From Macrostomum lignano (Eukaryota): a DNA stretch of 64,000 nt. The stretch covers positions 62,001 to 126,000 of the forward strand of contig NIVC01000745.1 of assembly GCA_002269645.1 (NCBI GenBank), written 5' to 3'. How positions within the stretch are numbered: the stretch's first letter is position 1; every line of letters starts with the position of its first letter. The position numbers and the translations under genes are program-made. Shown piece by piece: positions 1-12,384 of the stretch. Below the pieces are notes generated by a model. It did no database searches, was not told where the DNA came from, and was given only the letters and a program-made list of their open reading frames with translations.

Positions 1-1536
1 TTTGCTGCTTTTACAGTAGACTCACTAAAGATGCTGGATGCATGCTGAACATTAGTCTTCCATGTTTGTTGGATTCAAGGACCTTATAGCTCATATTCGG
101 TTGAAAGATGATCCGAGCTAGTTGCCTAAGTTCTTGTTTATAAAGTTTGTACAAATTGCAAAAATCTGCTGTTTGGATTTTCAGGGGGATGGTAAAGTCT
201 AGAAATTAAAACACCTGGTGCAAAATCCAATTTTCAAGATGTTTTTAAAGTTGTATACAGGGCCAAAGAGAAAGAACAGCAGCTTGCTAGATACCGGATT
301 TAGATTTAATGATTCCAGCTTGCCTTTATATAAAAGACCCTGAAAGTGGCTTTTATTTACTGAATTGTTCTAAAAAATGCACATTACCAGCTTCATGTGA
401 ACCTAATCAAGCAAATCAAGGCAGTCAGTGAAGTGATTTTTCAAGTCCAGAGCACCGCGCCTACTTTTTGGCATAAATTTTTTTCCTAGAAGTCTCTATA
501 GCAACTTGATCAAAAAAGTGCACACAGTTTTGGCAAGCTCATTGGTTTCTGTGTCAATGTCAAATATCTTGTTTTTATTGAGTTCCATTTGCTGCAACAA
601 ATAAATTTCATCAATTGCAACAAGCACTACTCTCTCAGACTTAGACAGGCTATCAACTTTTAGCTTGAGATAATCTTTAGTTGCCTTGATATCAGGGTCA
701 TTGCTCAATCTGGAAGTATCAAGCTCTTGATCATTCTTGACTTTAATCTTAGCTGACAAATTGGTGATAGCTTTTGTGACTGCCTCCTGAGCTAGTAAGA
801 GGTGCTCCTCACAACTATGCTAGAAATGTTCCAAATGGACATCTTCCAAACATCATAGCTGGAAATTTTTTAGCCTAGCTATGATGTTTTCAAGTTGGGC
901 AAAGGTTTTAAGACTGCCATCAGTTGCTAGATCTCTAGCAAAAGAAGCAACAGACATTCTAATTGTAATAAAAGTTACACTTAATTCAAAGATCACTTTG
1001 AAAAAGCACTTTAAATGATCTGATAGATTGTATGACATAATAGTGTAGAAGTCAAAAATCACATATTTTTGTAAAAGCTCCTCTGCTTTTACCTTGCAAT
1101 GTTGAATGTTATTCTTTCAATGGCTCTCAGCAGATACACAAACTATTTGCTGCTTTTCTAGGATGGCCTTGCTCAAGTGGGGTGCAACATTTGGGAAGAT
1201 GCATGGCACAGCATCATCTATCAGATGTTTATTTTTAAGCTTAGCAGTACCAGTTGATGGATTATCAGCTGCTGGCCTTTTGTGATTTTGGTTAGCATAA
1301 AGACAGTCACAAAAAACTTACCTAGAAAATGCAGAAAGCAAACCTGATAATTGTGACTAGGGTCAGACCATAGCTTACACAGCTTGGCCTCAGTCCATTC
1401 TCAAGGAATTGTAGTGATCCACTTGTTCAACAGATCCAGATTCTCAATACAAAGAAACTTGTAGATAGAAACAGTTGGATCCTTCTTATACTAAGGCAAA
1501 TTAGTAACAAGCTGGAACATAGCACTTGTATCCCAT
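1..1536 (-). pseudogene. Decayed THAP-domain P-element (THAP9-like) transposase, running off the window edge
   Basis: Manual translation from ATG 1536: MGYKCYVPAC...VSIYKF...KWITTIP*...VCFLHF...DAVPCIFP (THAP C2CH zinc finger). ORF 496-759 has ERVVLVAIDEIYL (first catalytic D region). Near 1-290 it reads LFGPVYNFKNIL and PTNMKTNVQHASSIFSESTV. Multiple stops and frameshifts. Confidence 0.8.
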
Positions 1537-2165
1537 GATATATTATACAAATGTTTTATTAAAAAATTTGTTTAGAAAATCAAAGAATTGCTTAGAATGA
1601 ATTGATATCAGTTGTTTTTTGCTGTCTAAGTGATATCTTTCATTAGAAAATATAGGCAAAACATAGAAAAAGATAAATAATATTCCGTGTATAGTAAAGG
1701 AAAGACAAAAATTCTTTGCTTTCCAAGTTCCCACAATAAGACTAAACTTGTAGAGGGGGGAAAGGGCCATATGAGTGTTATTTCCTGGTGAGCGAAGCAA
1801 CCAAAAAGGCTTCCTTGGGTCATCTAGAAGGTTAGCCATTGCCAGGCAATATATATTTAGGTTATGTATGCTAGCATGTTTGGCAATACCAGAGTGCCAG
1901 CTTTCATATGTTATTTGTCTATTCTATCTCATTTAAGGCAAACAGATCTGCCAAAGTCCATATAGAGCTATCAAGCTATATGCAGCCTAGATAGTTGTAC
2001 AAAGCTGTCATTTTGCTAATAGAAGTTGGAGGTAAAAGGCCCAAAGGCAAGACCATTAGTTTTTGGCAGAAATTCCTCATTTCTCATGAAAGATATAGCC
2101 TTTAATTTGAGCTACTAAAATTATAAAAACTAATTACTAATTAGAACCTAGTGTAATGACTGCTA

Positions 2166-3958
2166 CATGAGGGGTGTATGGAAAGTGGTGTTACTTTTGC
2201 TTGGTGTGGACGTGTGGAGGGTCACACTTGCATGTGCTTGGTGTCATTTGAAAGCGGCAAGTCTCTTCTTTAAAATGACACCAATTGCAGGAGATTTGGA
2301 TCTGTGCTTCGGGAGATGTGGACGATTGGGTGGAGAAAGGTCAGTCATAGACTTACAGAACTTCAAAAATGTCAACAGAAAACTTATATCACGAGTGTAA
2401 TTACTCCAGAAAAAAACAAAAAACACAACAGTACAGTACAGAAGCATGTGAAACAGATAACAAGCAAATTATTACACAAGCAAACAACATTAAAATCATT
2501 CATTGGTTGGCAGACTTGTCTTCTCAATGTAGTCACCATGAGACATGATGCACTTCTCCCATTGGTCTTGCATCTTGTCGATGGCATTTGCATACACATC
2601 TGGTGCAGCAAGATCCTCCTGACCTCACTCTCCAAGTGATCACAACTGTTGTGAACTCGCCCTTGAAGCTGTCGCTTTAACTCAGGGAACAAGGTGAAGT
2701 CCGCAGGTGCCAGGTCAGGAGAATATGGAGGGTGAGGAAGCAACTCAAAGTTCAGTTGGTCAATTGCTTGCATGGTCTTTGCAGCAGTATGTGGCCTTGC
2801 ATTGTTGTGGTGGAGGATATGGGGTCTTTCTTTCCCCCGTCTTTTGTTGCAGATGTCTGACTTCAGTTTTGTCAGGGAGGTCACATACTGATCAGCATTG
2901 ATGGTCGAGTTAGGCTCCAGGAACTCGATGGTCAGTGGGCCATTGCAATCAAAAAAGAGAGTCAGCATGACTTTGTTGCTGTGCCGGTCTTGCTGTCTCG
3001 GCAAGCTTTCGTTGGTGGATCAGCTCCTTGATGGTCCAAACCATTGACTCCTGCTTTGTTGGAGGGTCGAAGTATGGCACCCATGTCTCGTCGCCAGTTA
3101 CAATCAGCTCTCGAAAGGCTTCCCATCCTCCATGTTGATTGACCAGCTCCCGGTTGTTCACACTCACACATTTCTGCTTGCGATCCAGCTTCATGACCTC
3201 AGTGAGCAATCGTGGTACCCAATGGGCACTCAGCTTGACGTGATTCATCTTCTGCAGGCACTCATGAACTGTGGACTTCGGGCAATCCAATCAATCAGCC
3301 ATTTCGCGAATGCTCTAGTGGCAGTCTTCATCAATCAAGTCGAGAATGCGATCCGTCAGGCTGCTGCTGTCGCAAATTGCAGGGCGTCTGGACCTTGGCA
3401 TGTCGCTCACATCAGTTCTTCCAGCCTGAAACTCGCCCACCCACCTGCTTACTGTCATCTTGCTGACAGCATGGTCGCCATGAGCTGTGCAAAGTTGCCT
3501 GTGGATGTCAGCCAATTTGGTTCCGGAGCTCCAAAGTGTAAAGATGGCATGTTGCTGCCCAGTCTTTGAATGCACATCCATTTGCAGTTCACAATTGAAA
3601 ATTGAATGTCAATAAACTTTGCAGGTGTAGCAGAAGCAGTTTTACAAGTCTCGTAGTTTTATGAGACAGCCCCTCTTGTTCACTGCATCACATTTGGCCA
3701 TAGACAGCCCATTATTATGAAAAAATCGATAAACTCTTAAAAGTTTTCTGTTGAAATTTTTGAGGTTCTGTAAGTCTATGACTGACCTTTCTCTACTTAA
3801 TTGTCCATATCTCTTGAAGCACAGATTCAAATCTCTTGCAATTGGTGTCATTTTAAAGAAGAGACTTGCCGCTTTCAAATGACACCAAGCACATGCAAGT
3901 GTGACTTTCCATACGTCCACACCAAGCAAAAGTAACACTACTTTACGGACGCCCCTCG
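2166..3958 (-). mobile_element. Mariner-family DNA transposon with about 220-bp terminal inverted repeats, flanked by TA
   Basis: 2166-2385 and 3740-3958 are inverted copies; the near-identical peptides of ORFs 2167+ and 3642- reflect this. The right end reads TA-CGAGGGG on the - strand. TA at 2164-65 and 3959-60. Confidence 0.9.
2490..3581 (-). pseudogene. Mariner DD34D transposase pseudogene
   Basis: ATG 3581, MDVHSK, HTH region, WVPRLL, VTGDETWV, HHNNARPH (second catalytic D changed to N), HPPYSPDLAPADF with 34-residue spacing, and C-terminal GDYIEK in a shifted frame. Broken across ORFs 3315-3581, 2949-3290 and 2384-3004. Confidence 0.9.
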
Positions 3959-4500
3959 TATATTGCAACCTTTAAGTCTATCATGATAGACTATAATAAG
4001 ATGGTCACAATTGTAACACATTTGTAATATATGCTAAAATACTGCCATTTAATCCTACTTTGCTTTGCCTAACATAAGCACAAATAATAGGGGCTGAACT
4101 TGATAGGCCCTAGTGCCTAGTCTGCATGTAGCAAGGGATACTTGGAGTTGCATAAAATGAGCTTTCATTATGCCAAAGGTGCCATCTATAAACCAACATT
4201 TAATACAATAGCACAAAGCTAAAACCTGGTTGTCATAAATGAAAACCAAATGTTAGCTTTCAAAAAGTCAGCTGGTATCCCCATCATGTTTATGTCAAAC
4301 TCTAGCATTGCAAGGTTTTCTGGCAAGCCTGCTTGCTTGCTCCAATTGGTACTTTATACTAGGTTACTAGTATTACTTGCTTTGAGTTTTATCTAGTCTG
4401 CTTGTGTGACCACTTCATGCTAAATTGCTATTGCTACAGATAGATAGACACCTCAAAGATTGTATAGTTATAAATACTAATGGAAAGTATATTACATTAG

Positions 4501-4865
4501 GGGGCCGTAGCCCAGCGGTAGCGCAGCTGCTCTGGTGTGCCGCGACCTAGGCTCGATTCCAAGTGCAGCCACATTAATTTGGGGCTGGATTGGAATCTTG
4601 GCTTGGCTCGCTTGTGCAATTAACGGCCTTGAGAGCCAACCCCCCCCCAAGGCACAGTGAAGTGTACATGCCTAACAATTGATAAAGTTAGGGCCGCTGT
4701 ACACTCCTGTGTGAGTGTGTGCCTGCATAACGTATCCGCGCGCTTGTATGCCTGCTCAGGGGAGTTGGCGGAATGGGCAGTAATGCCTCTCGCCGGTTGT
4801 GTGCCAATGACGCTTAAATTGCGCCAAGGTGCACACAACCCCCCTGCCTCTATATATATAATATA
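4501..4865 (+). mobile_element. tRNA-derived SINE with 13-bp target-site duplication
   Basis: Head GGGGCCGTAGCCCAGCGGTAG (A-box) ... GGCTCGATTCC (B-box), a unique body of about 290 bp, and a (TA)n tail. TATATTACATTAG occurs at 4488-4500 and again at 4866-4878. Confidence 0.85.
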
Positions 4866-7116
4866 TATATTACATTAGAAAAATTCTTTTTATTAAAATA
4901 TACCTGATATAACTACGAGCTTGTAAAGTAGCCAAGATCTTCATGACAAGATCTACAGAAATCAGTCTAGGAAACTTATAATAGTGGGTATTCTAGAACA
5001 TATTCTAAGCACTATTCAAATAGGTATGAACATAGTGGCTTGCACAGGAGGCTGTCATTTCTAGCAGATAAACTCAAATTTCTCTGCTACTTTCTGTAGT
5101 CTTATATTCTTGCATATTGATGCCTGCTTTGTAGATAATATAATACTATTTACTATAGGCATCATAGTCAATTGCTTGTTTAGAATTTCTCATTGCTTTC
5201 CTATACTCAGGCTAGCAAAATATCTGCCTTCTTTGTGGCATGAAAAAAAGAACTAAAAAGCAGTATTAAAATTAAGAGGCAAGAGCACAATTAAAATGAA
5301 ATGAATATTTCATATAATCAACTAAATAAAATAAAAAAACACAATTCCTATTTCAATATGCATGTTTTTTAGAAACATATGACTATAATAACAAGTAAAT
5401 TTCCTTTTTAATACATTAAGGTAGGAATGGAAGAAGAAAGAAAGAAAGGAATTTTTCTTAAGTTGGTCAGTTTAGCAAATTTAATTTTTTGCCTACATTG
5501 AGTTCACACAAATTAAGCTAGAAAATTCATGCAATTGAATCTTAGCAAATTCTTCCTGGTTACTCTGTCTGTTGCAGTCTTCAATTCTAGGGAAGGGTAG
5601 TCATAATCATAGTCAAGTGGTCTTTGTAAGGCACAGTTGTCAAGTTTGGGTCCTTAGACACCATAATTCAATGTATGTCAAAGTAGCAAAGGTTATTATT
5701 ATTTATTAATAAAGTTATTAGCTCAGTTGGACTGTTTGTGAGATAAATTCAGCAGTGCTGCAGTGCAGGATAAATAAGTTGGTTATGGTTTTTGAAAAGA
5801 GTGTGGCAATAGATTAATAATGGAAATATCAAAATTCACATAGGTTTATGAGGGGAGAAAATAGAAAAAAAGAGCACCAAAAATAGTTGAATTAACATGA
5901 GCAAACAAAATATTAAATAGGATTAGCAGGGATTCAGGTTAAGTTATATAGATTTGTGCCAATGCTTAGGACAACTAAAAGGGCAAAGGGTGGAATGGGG
6001 AAAACCCAGAGTTTGGCCAAACATGAAAAAAAAAATATTAAAATGAAATAAATTGGGTGCACAAGTTGGGTCGAATCGAGATAATAGAGGCGTGGCCAAG
6101 TTGGGGACAAGAGGGACTAGCTCTAGGGCTAGGCATCACTATGACAAATAACAATTTTTTCACGGGGGAGGCAAGTGGTAAATCATGCAAGTTGGTCATG
6201 CAAAAATCTGCACTCAGTGGTAGCCTGCACTACCACAAAACTAACTTGATTTAGCAAAACATCAAATTACTTTCTTAAAATGTTGTTTTTATAGAAAAGT
6301 TATTTTAATTAAGATTTAAAATAAAAATGAGCTGTGTTTTATCTACTATCTGATAAACTAAATAACAAAATGATTGTTTGACAAAGGTTTTTGACAAAAT
6401 GTCTTAGAATTTTTTAGTTTAGCTTTAGGAAATAAATTTAAAGATGATTTTTTAGTCTCAATGCAAAAGAAGCTCTTAATTCCTTGTTAGGGAGGTAAAC
6501 AACAAATATTTTGGATTATATATGCATGTTTTGGGGTTAGTAAATTGTCAAAGTTTAAAGTTAAGACAACTTTATAACTTAAAGCAGTTATAGCTTTTCT
6601 TTTTATACAATAAATAAACTTGAATTGTTAATGAGTAGTAGTCCAGATTATTGCTGTCATTATTTACTTTATCACTATATTTTAGTGATCAGTAAAATAA
6701 TTGCTGTCATTGGATTTCATTAAACCATAAAAAGTTATTACAAGTTAATTGAAATTAACTAAGATATGGGAAAAATTTATAGCAAAACTCTATAACTTTT
6801 ATAGCACTTATATTGTTTAACCTATCTAAAATGCTAACTATATTGATTAATAATTAGACAATTTGGTCATAAATAAATACATGTACAACCTCCTAAATTT
6901 TATTTTTTGCTAGTGCAAAATAGTTTTCTACAAAAAATACATTATATAAGGTATAAAATAAAGGTACAACAAACCATATGAGCGCACCTCTAGCTAAAAA
7001 GCCTTTTTGCTCAATAACCAGCTGCAGCATCATCATTTATATCAGCCTCATAAATCTCATTCTGCACGTGTTTGTCATTCCATTGTGCTTTCTGCTGCCT
7101 TTAGCCATCCAACGCG

Positions 7117-9954
7117 ATGCCACGCGCCCGTAAGCGAGTGAACAGCGAGCAGCAGCAGCAAGCAGCCGAAGCGGCTCAGCAGCGGGCACCCAAGCGGCCC
7201 CGCCGCCAGCATCCAGCCGGAGATGCTCAGGAAATTCAGCCCAGCTTTAACAAAACTGCTGGCCGCGTGCTCACGCTTGGCGAAGGCGACACCGGTCAGC
7301 TGGGACTCGGGGACTCCGCATTGAGCAGGAAGCGGCCTGCCCGGGTTGGCGTGGGACTGCCCGACTGCGGCTGCGTTCAGGTGAGCACCTGGGCATACCT
7401 GGGGGGATTTGTGATCTGAGATGCGAATGGGGTGAGATTTGTGACTTGCGATGCGCATTGGGTGAGATTTGTGACCTTCGATGCCTATGGGGTGAGATTT
7501 GTGACCTGCGATGTCTATGGGGTGAGATTTGTGACCTGCAATGCCTATAGGGTGAGATTTTTGACCTGCGATGTCTATGGGGTGAGATTTGTGACCTGCT
7601 GTGCCAAGAGGTGAGATTTACGAACCGCCCTAATGCTAACATTTCCTTTCCGATCCCGCGCTGCTCCGCAGGTGGTGGCGGGAGGGATGCACACTGCCTG
7701 CCTGGCAGCCGACGGCCGTGTCTTCACCTTCGGCTGCAACGACGAGTGCGCCCTCGGCCGGCCGGTTATTGACGCGCCCGAAAGGGACGACAGCGTCTCC
7801 GATGAGGGCGGCGCCGATGATGAAGGCAGCGAGTTCCGGCCCGCCCTCGTGGCTGACGGCCTGCCCGACCCGGCTGAGGACCCGGTGGTTCACCTGTCGG
7901 CCGGTGACAGCCACACTGCGGCCGTCACTGCGTCTGGCCGCATCTTTGTTTGGGGCACCTTTAGGGACAGCAACGGAGTGATCGGTTGGTTATCGTTCCT
8001 GATTTTCGTTGACCCGATCTCACTTATCTATTGACATCACGTGACCCTTGACCTCGCATGTATCCTGACCTCACATGACCCTTGACCTCGCATGCATCCT
8101 GACCTCACTTGACATCTGCCCTCACGTTTCCCTTGACCTCGCATGTATCCTGACCTCACTTGACCTCTGTGACCCTGGCATGACCGCTGATCTCAAACGA
8201 ACTCACCACCTGACCCAGGCCTGACCCGAGCCGGCCAGATGAGTTCGCGGCCTGTGCAGGTGGAACTGCCAGCCGACGCTGGCCGGGCTGTCAAATCAGC
8301 CTCCGGTGCCAGTCACGTGATCTGCCTGACTAGCGCTGGCCGCGTGTTCACCTTCGGCTGCGGGGAGCAGGTGAGAATCAGCCTAAATTCTCTAATAACC
8401 ACCCCAAATGCACTGAGAACTGCCGCACCGCCCAGGGCCAGCTCGGGAGGGTCTCTGAGCGCCAGGCGTCCAGCCGAGGCGGTCGGGCCGGACTTTCTGC
8501 TCTGCTGACGCCGCGCGAGATTCGCTTGGACTCGCGGCGCCGGCTTGCCCAGTTCGACGACGTCTGGGCCGGGGCCTACGCCAGCTTTGCCAGGGTGCGC
8601 GGTGGCGTCGGCGGCGTTGGCGACCTCGTGCTGGCCTGGGGACTCAACAATTTCTACCAGCTGGGCACCGGCGACCTTGAGAACCGGTTCTTCCCAGCCG
8701 TTGCCATCGAGTTCAATGGTGAGGAGGGCTCCCCTAAGATCATTGTGATGGCTCATTGATTTCTAGGAAAAAATAAACAGGTGTAGCGGCTCGCTTAAGG
8801 CTGTGCGAGCGAGTAAAAAAAGTCCGCTTCTCAATTTGAGCGTCTATTTGGGCCATAGATATAACAGTAAGGGAGGCATTTAGGCAAAGCTCTGCAGTCC
8901 GCATTATGTTAATAAGTTGGCGGCAGTGGACCGCCACACAGGTCAAACACCCAGTCTGACAGGTCAAACACCCAGTCTGACACAGGTAAATTACCCAGCC
9001 CGACACAGACAGGTAAATTACCCAGTCTGACACAGGTAAATTACCCAGTCTGACACAGGTAAATTACCCAGTCTGACACAGGTAAATTACCCAGTCTGAC
9101 ACGGGTAAATTACCCAGTGTGACACAGGTAAATTACCCAGCCCGACACAGACAGGTAAATTACCCAGTGTGACACAGGTAAATTACCCAGTCTGACACAG
9201 GTAAATTACCCAGTCTGACAAGGTAAATTACCCAGTCTGACACAGGTAAATTACCCAGTGTGACACAGGTAAATTACCCAGTCCGACACAGACAGGTAAA
9301 TTACCCAGTGTGACACAGGTAAATTACCCAGTCTGACACAGGTAAATTACCCAGTCTGACAAGGTAAATTACCCAGTCTGACACAGGTAAATTACCCAGT
9401 CTGACACAGGTGAATTACCCAGTCTGACACAGGTGAATTACCCAGTCTGACACAGGTAAATTACCCAGTCTGACACCGCCAACCCCGCAGGCCGCCGCTG
9501 GCAGGAGCTGAGCTCTGGACAGCACCACACCGTAGCCGTTGACTCCGAAGGCGGCGTGTTCGCCTGCGGCCGAGGCGAATACGGCCGACTGGGTCGCGGC
9601 CGCTCTTTCGGGGAGGCGGCCAGCGCCTGCCTGCTGCCCGTAGCGACGACCGCTGAGGCGCCCGAAGACGCTGGCGGGGAGTCGGCGGCGGCCGGCGAAG
9701 GCATCGGGCAGCGGCGCTGCATCGGCGTGGCCTGCGCGACCGCCAGCAGCTTCTGCGTGGCGGAGGACGGCGCCGCCTTCTCCTGGGGCATGGGCAGCAA
9801 CAAGCAGCTCGGCCACGGCCCGGAGGACTCGGACGCCCACGCGCCCGCCCGTGTTGAAGGCAAGCAGCTGGACGGCCTGCGGGTTCTCGCCATCAGCGGC
9901 GGCGGCCAGCACGTCGTTCTGCTGGCTGCCGAGGCCAACAATAACAGCCTCTGA
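7117..9954 (+). CDS. RCC1: Regulator of chromosome condensation 1 (Ran GEF), 5 exons, 491 aa
   Basis: Exons 7117-7380, 7672-7984, 8219-8370, 8436-8718, 9491-9954. All introns GT-AG, phases 0/1/0/1 consistent, total 1476 nt. Basic N-terminal NLS-like tail, RCC1 repeats and the motifs [48 protein letters not shown] and GGGQHVVLL, which are colinear with the human RCC1 sequence as recalled. Confidence 0.93.
7410..7620. repeat. 30-bp minisatellite in RCC1 intron 1
   Basis: About 7 copies of GTGACCTGCGATGTCTATGGGGTGAGATTT. Confidence 0.9.
8035..8200. repeat. Degenerate TGACC-rich tandem repeat in RCC1 intron 2
   Basis: Repeated CCCTTGACCTCGCATGTATCCTGACCTCAC. Confidence 0.75.
8935..9476. repeat. 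23-bp minisatellite in RCC1 intron 4
   Basis: About 22 copies of CACAGGTAAATTACCCAGTCTGA, with occasional 29-bp variants. Confidence 0.95.
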
Positions 9955-10079
9955 CTTGCAGGTTTAACCCACATTGGGAATTAACTGGGCCCCCTAAAGC
10001 TCATTGGCAGTCGCTTCTGTACGAGCTACCTGAAGAAGTCTGCTCTTATTTCGCCCGCTGGCAATCCTTCGCGATGCAA

Positions 10080-10520
10080 ATACCTGACGATCTACCCTAA
10101 TCTACCTGACGATCTACCCTAAACTACCTGACGATCTACCCTAAACTACCCACCGATCTACCCTAATCTACCTACCGATCTACCCTAATCTACCTGACGA
10201 TCTACCCTAATCTACCTGATGATCTACCCTAAAGTACCCGCCGATCTACCCTAATCTACCTGACGATCTACCCTAATCTACCTGACGATCTACCCTAATC
10301 TACCTGACAATCTACCCTAAACTACCCACCGATCTACCCTAAACTACCCGCCGATCTACCCTAATCTACCTGATGATCTACCCTAATCTACCTGACGATC
10401 TACTTTAAACTACCTGAAGGTCTACCTGACGATCTACTTTAAACTACCTGAAGGTCTACCTAACGATCTACTCTAAACTACCTGCAGATCTACCCTACTC
10501 TAAACCACTCGACGATCTAC
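10080..10520. repeat. 22-bp minisatellite downstream of RCC1
   Basis: CTACCTGACGATCTACCCTAAT and variants. Confidence 0.9.
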
Positions 10521-11084
10521 CCTAAACTACCTTACTGACGTAAAAGTGTTTTCCCGAATTAATTCCCTAACCCTAGCCCCAAACCCGGAAGCCATCTCTT
10601 CCTTCAGTAATCGTCATCCTGAACCCCGCACTGAGTTCAGGAGTTGTTTTGGCAACTCTGGTTTATCAAAAAGCAAAATCTTTCTCATTGTGAACTTAAA
10701 CTAACTTATGCACCCAAGCTCCTCAGTGCGTGCCACATTTCTGTTTTAATTTATTATATTCCAACCGTGCTACTCGTGTCTATCTGTAAGTAGCGTGCGC
10801 AGCATTATTTTCAACAATTTTATCCGCAAATTTTTACTTCTCTTCACTCAACTCGGCAATTGAAGCTCTGCGCGTTATGCATTGCTGGCTGCATTTTAAC
10901 CTCATTTTATTTTTCTCCTGGCGGCACGGGCGCGTAATTCATTCTTATCTGTGGCAATGTACTTTTGCGGCTGCGAATCAGTCCTTAACAATAAATTATT
11001 TTTTATATAATTCATTGCTTATTTGTTGTCTTAATCGGTAATCGGTATTTTGCTTTCGAATTTTATTTGTTATACTTGCGAAGA

Positions 11085-11580
11085 CAGATATTGGCGCCGG
11101 TTTGAATAGCTAGATTGGATATTAGCGCTGATTTAAAATGCTAGAATAGAATTACTACATTAAATATTGGCGCCGATTTGATTTACTAGATTAGATATTG
11201 GCGCCGGTTAAAATAGCTAGATTAGATATTGGCGCCGATGTGAAATGCTAGATTAGAATTACTACATTATATATTGGCGCCAACTTGATTTACTAGATTA
11301 GATATTGGCGCCGATTTAAATCACTAGATAGAGATTGGCGCCGATTTAAATCACTAGATAGAGATTGGTGCCGATTTAAATTACTAGATAGAGATTGGCG
11401 CCGGTTTAAATTACTAGATAGAGATTGGCGCCGGTTTAAATTACTAGATAGAGATTAGCGCCGATTTGAATGACTTGATTAAATACTGGCACCGGTTTGA
11501 ATAACTTGATTAGATATTAGCGCCGGTTAAAATAGCTAGATTTGATATTGGCGCCAATTTGAAATACTACATAGGCGCCA
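11085..11580. repeat. About 30-bp minisatellite with a TTGGCGCC core
   Basis: GATATTGGCGCCGATTTAAATTACTAGATA variants. Confidence 0.85.
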
Positions 11581-12384
11581 GTCTAAGTAATCAGGTAGAC
11601 ATTTACAAGCAGATTGTCTGCTCAGCGGTCATCAGTGAGGGGTTTAGGGGATCATTCATCCTGCTCTGAAGAAATGTCCAATAACAGAGAGAGAAGGCAC
11701 CGGACTGGCTTGTCTCCGCTTTGGGATATTTTCATGTGCACATGTTCCCCATGCCATGAGCCCCCGTGCAACCAGCTGAATGCTTAATTGATGATGAAGC
11801 TGAGCAGAAGAGCGGCTGCACGCTGGCCTGTTGAGTAGCCAATTGTCGGGATCTGGGGATGGGTGGGGAGCTTGCGACCAATGGGAGAGGGGATCAAAGT
11901 CTGCTTAATCCCCCAGTCTGCAGACCAGAAATAAAACAGGGAGCTCAGCTGGCATCCTTGCTCCAGTGCATTGCTGATGGCGACCCGGCCAGCCTCCCAA
12001 AATCCATAGAAAACGCGCCGAGGATCACCCAAGCTCCTGCTCTATTTGAAAATGACGGCTGCTCGGGACAGCGTCCGCCTGGTTAGCGAAACCGTTCCCA
12101 TGGTAACGGTTGCTACAGAGCTGGCGTCGGCATCTGCTAGCGGCTACCACCAGCTGCAGAGCCTCAGCCCCATCGTGGAGGAGTCGCCAGCGCCGCAGTT
12201 CCTGCCGCTGACGTCACTGTCTGTTGCCGATGCGGATGCTGACGGCGACAGCGGCAGCGGCAGCGACTCCAGCGAAGAGCGGTTTACCGAGGTGGCCGCG
12301 GCCAGCTGCGACCTGCAGCCCTCGGTGCACTACCGTGAGTTGAAGGCGACCTGCGGGCGCTGAGGCAGCAGCACGGTGCGTTAG

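Larger units (their letters stand above)
1750..5200 (-). mobile_element. Decayed Mutator/MULE transposase remnant, split by the mariner insertion; boundaries approximate
   Basis: WFIDGTF...FMQL...PLLFVLMLGK at 4055-4249 and PENL...IPADFL near 4270-4330. On the other side of the mariner: KLMVLPLGLLP (about 2040-2080) and TNN..ESWHS (about 1880-1920), which are typical MULE motifs. Many stop codons. Confidence 0.7.

Noticed and set aside
4501-4572. Possible tRNA gene
   Set aside because: The cloverleaf is imperfect, and the sequence continues into a body with a tail and TSD, so it is a SINE head.
10563-10582. CCCTAACCCTAG telomeric hexamers
   Set aside because: Only two units, which is expected by chance.
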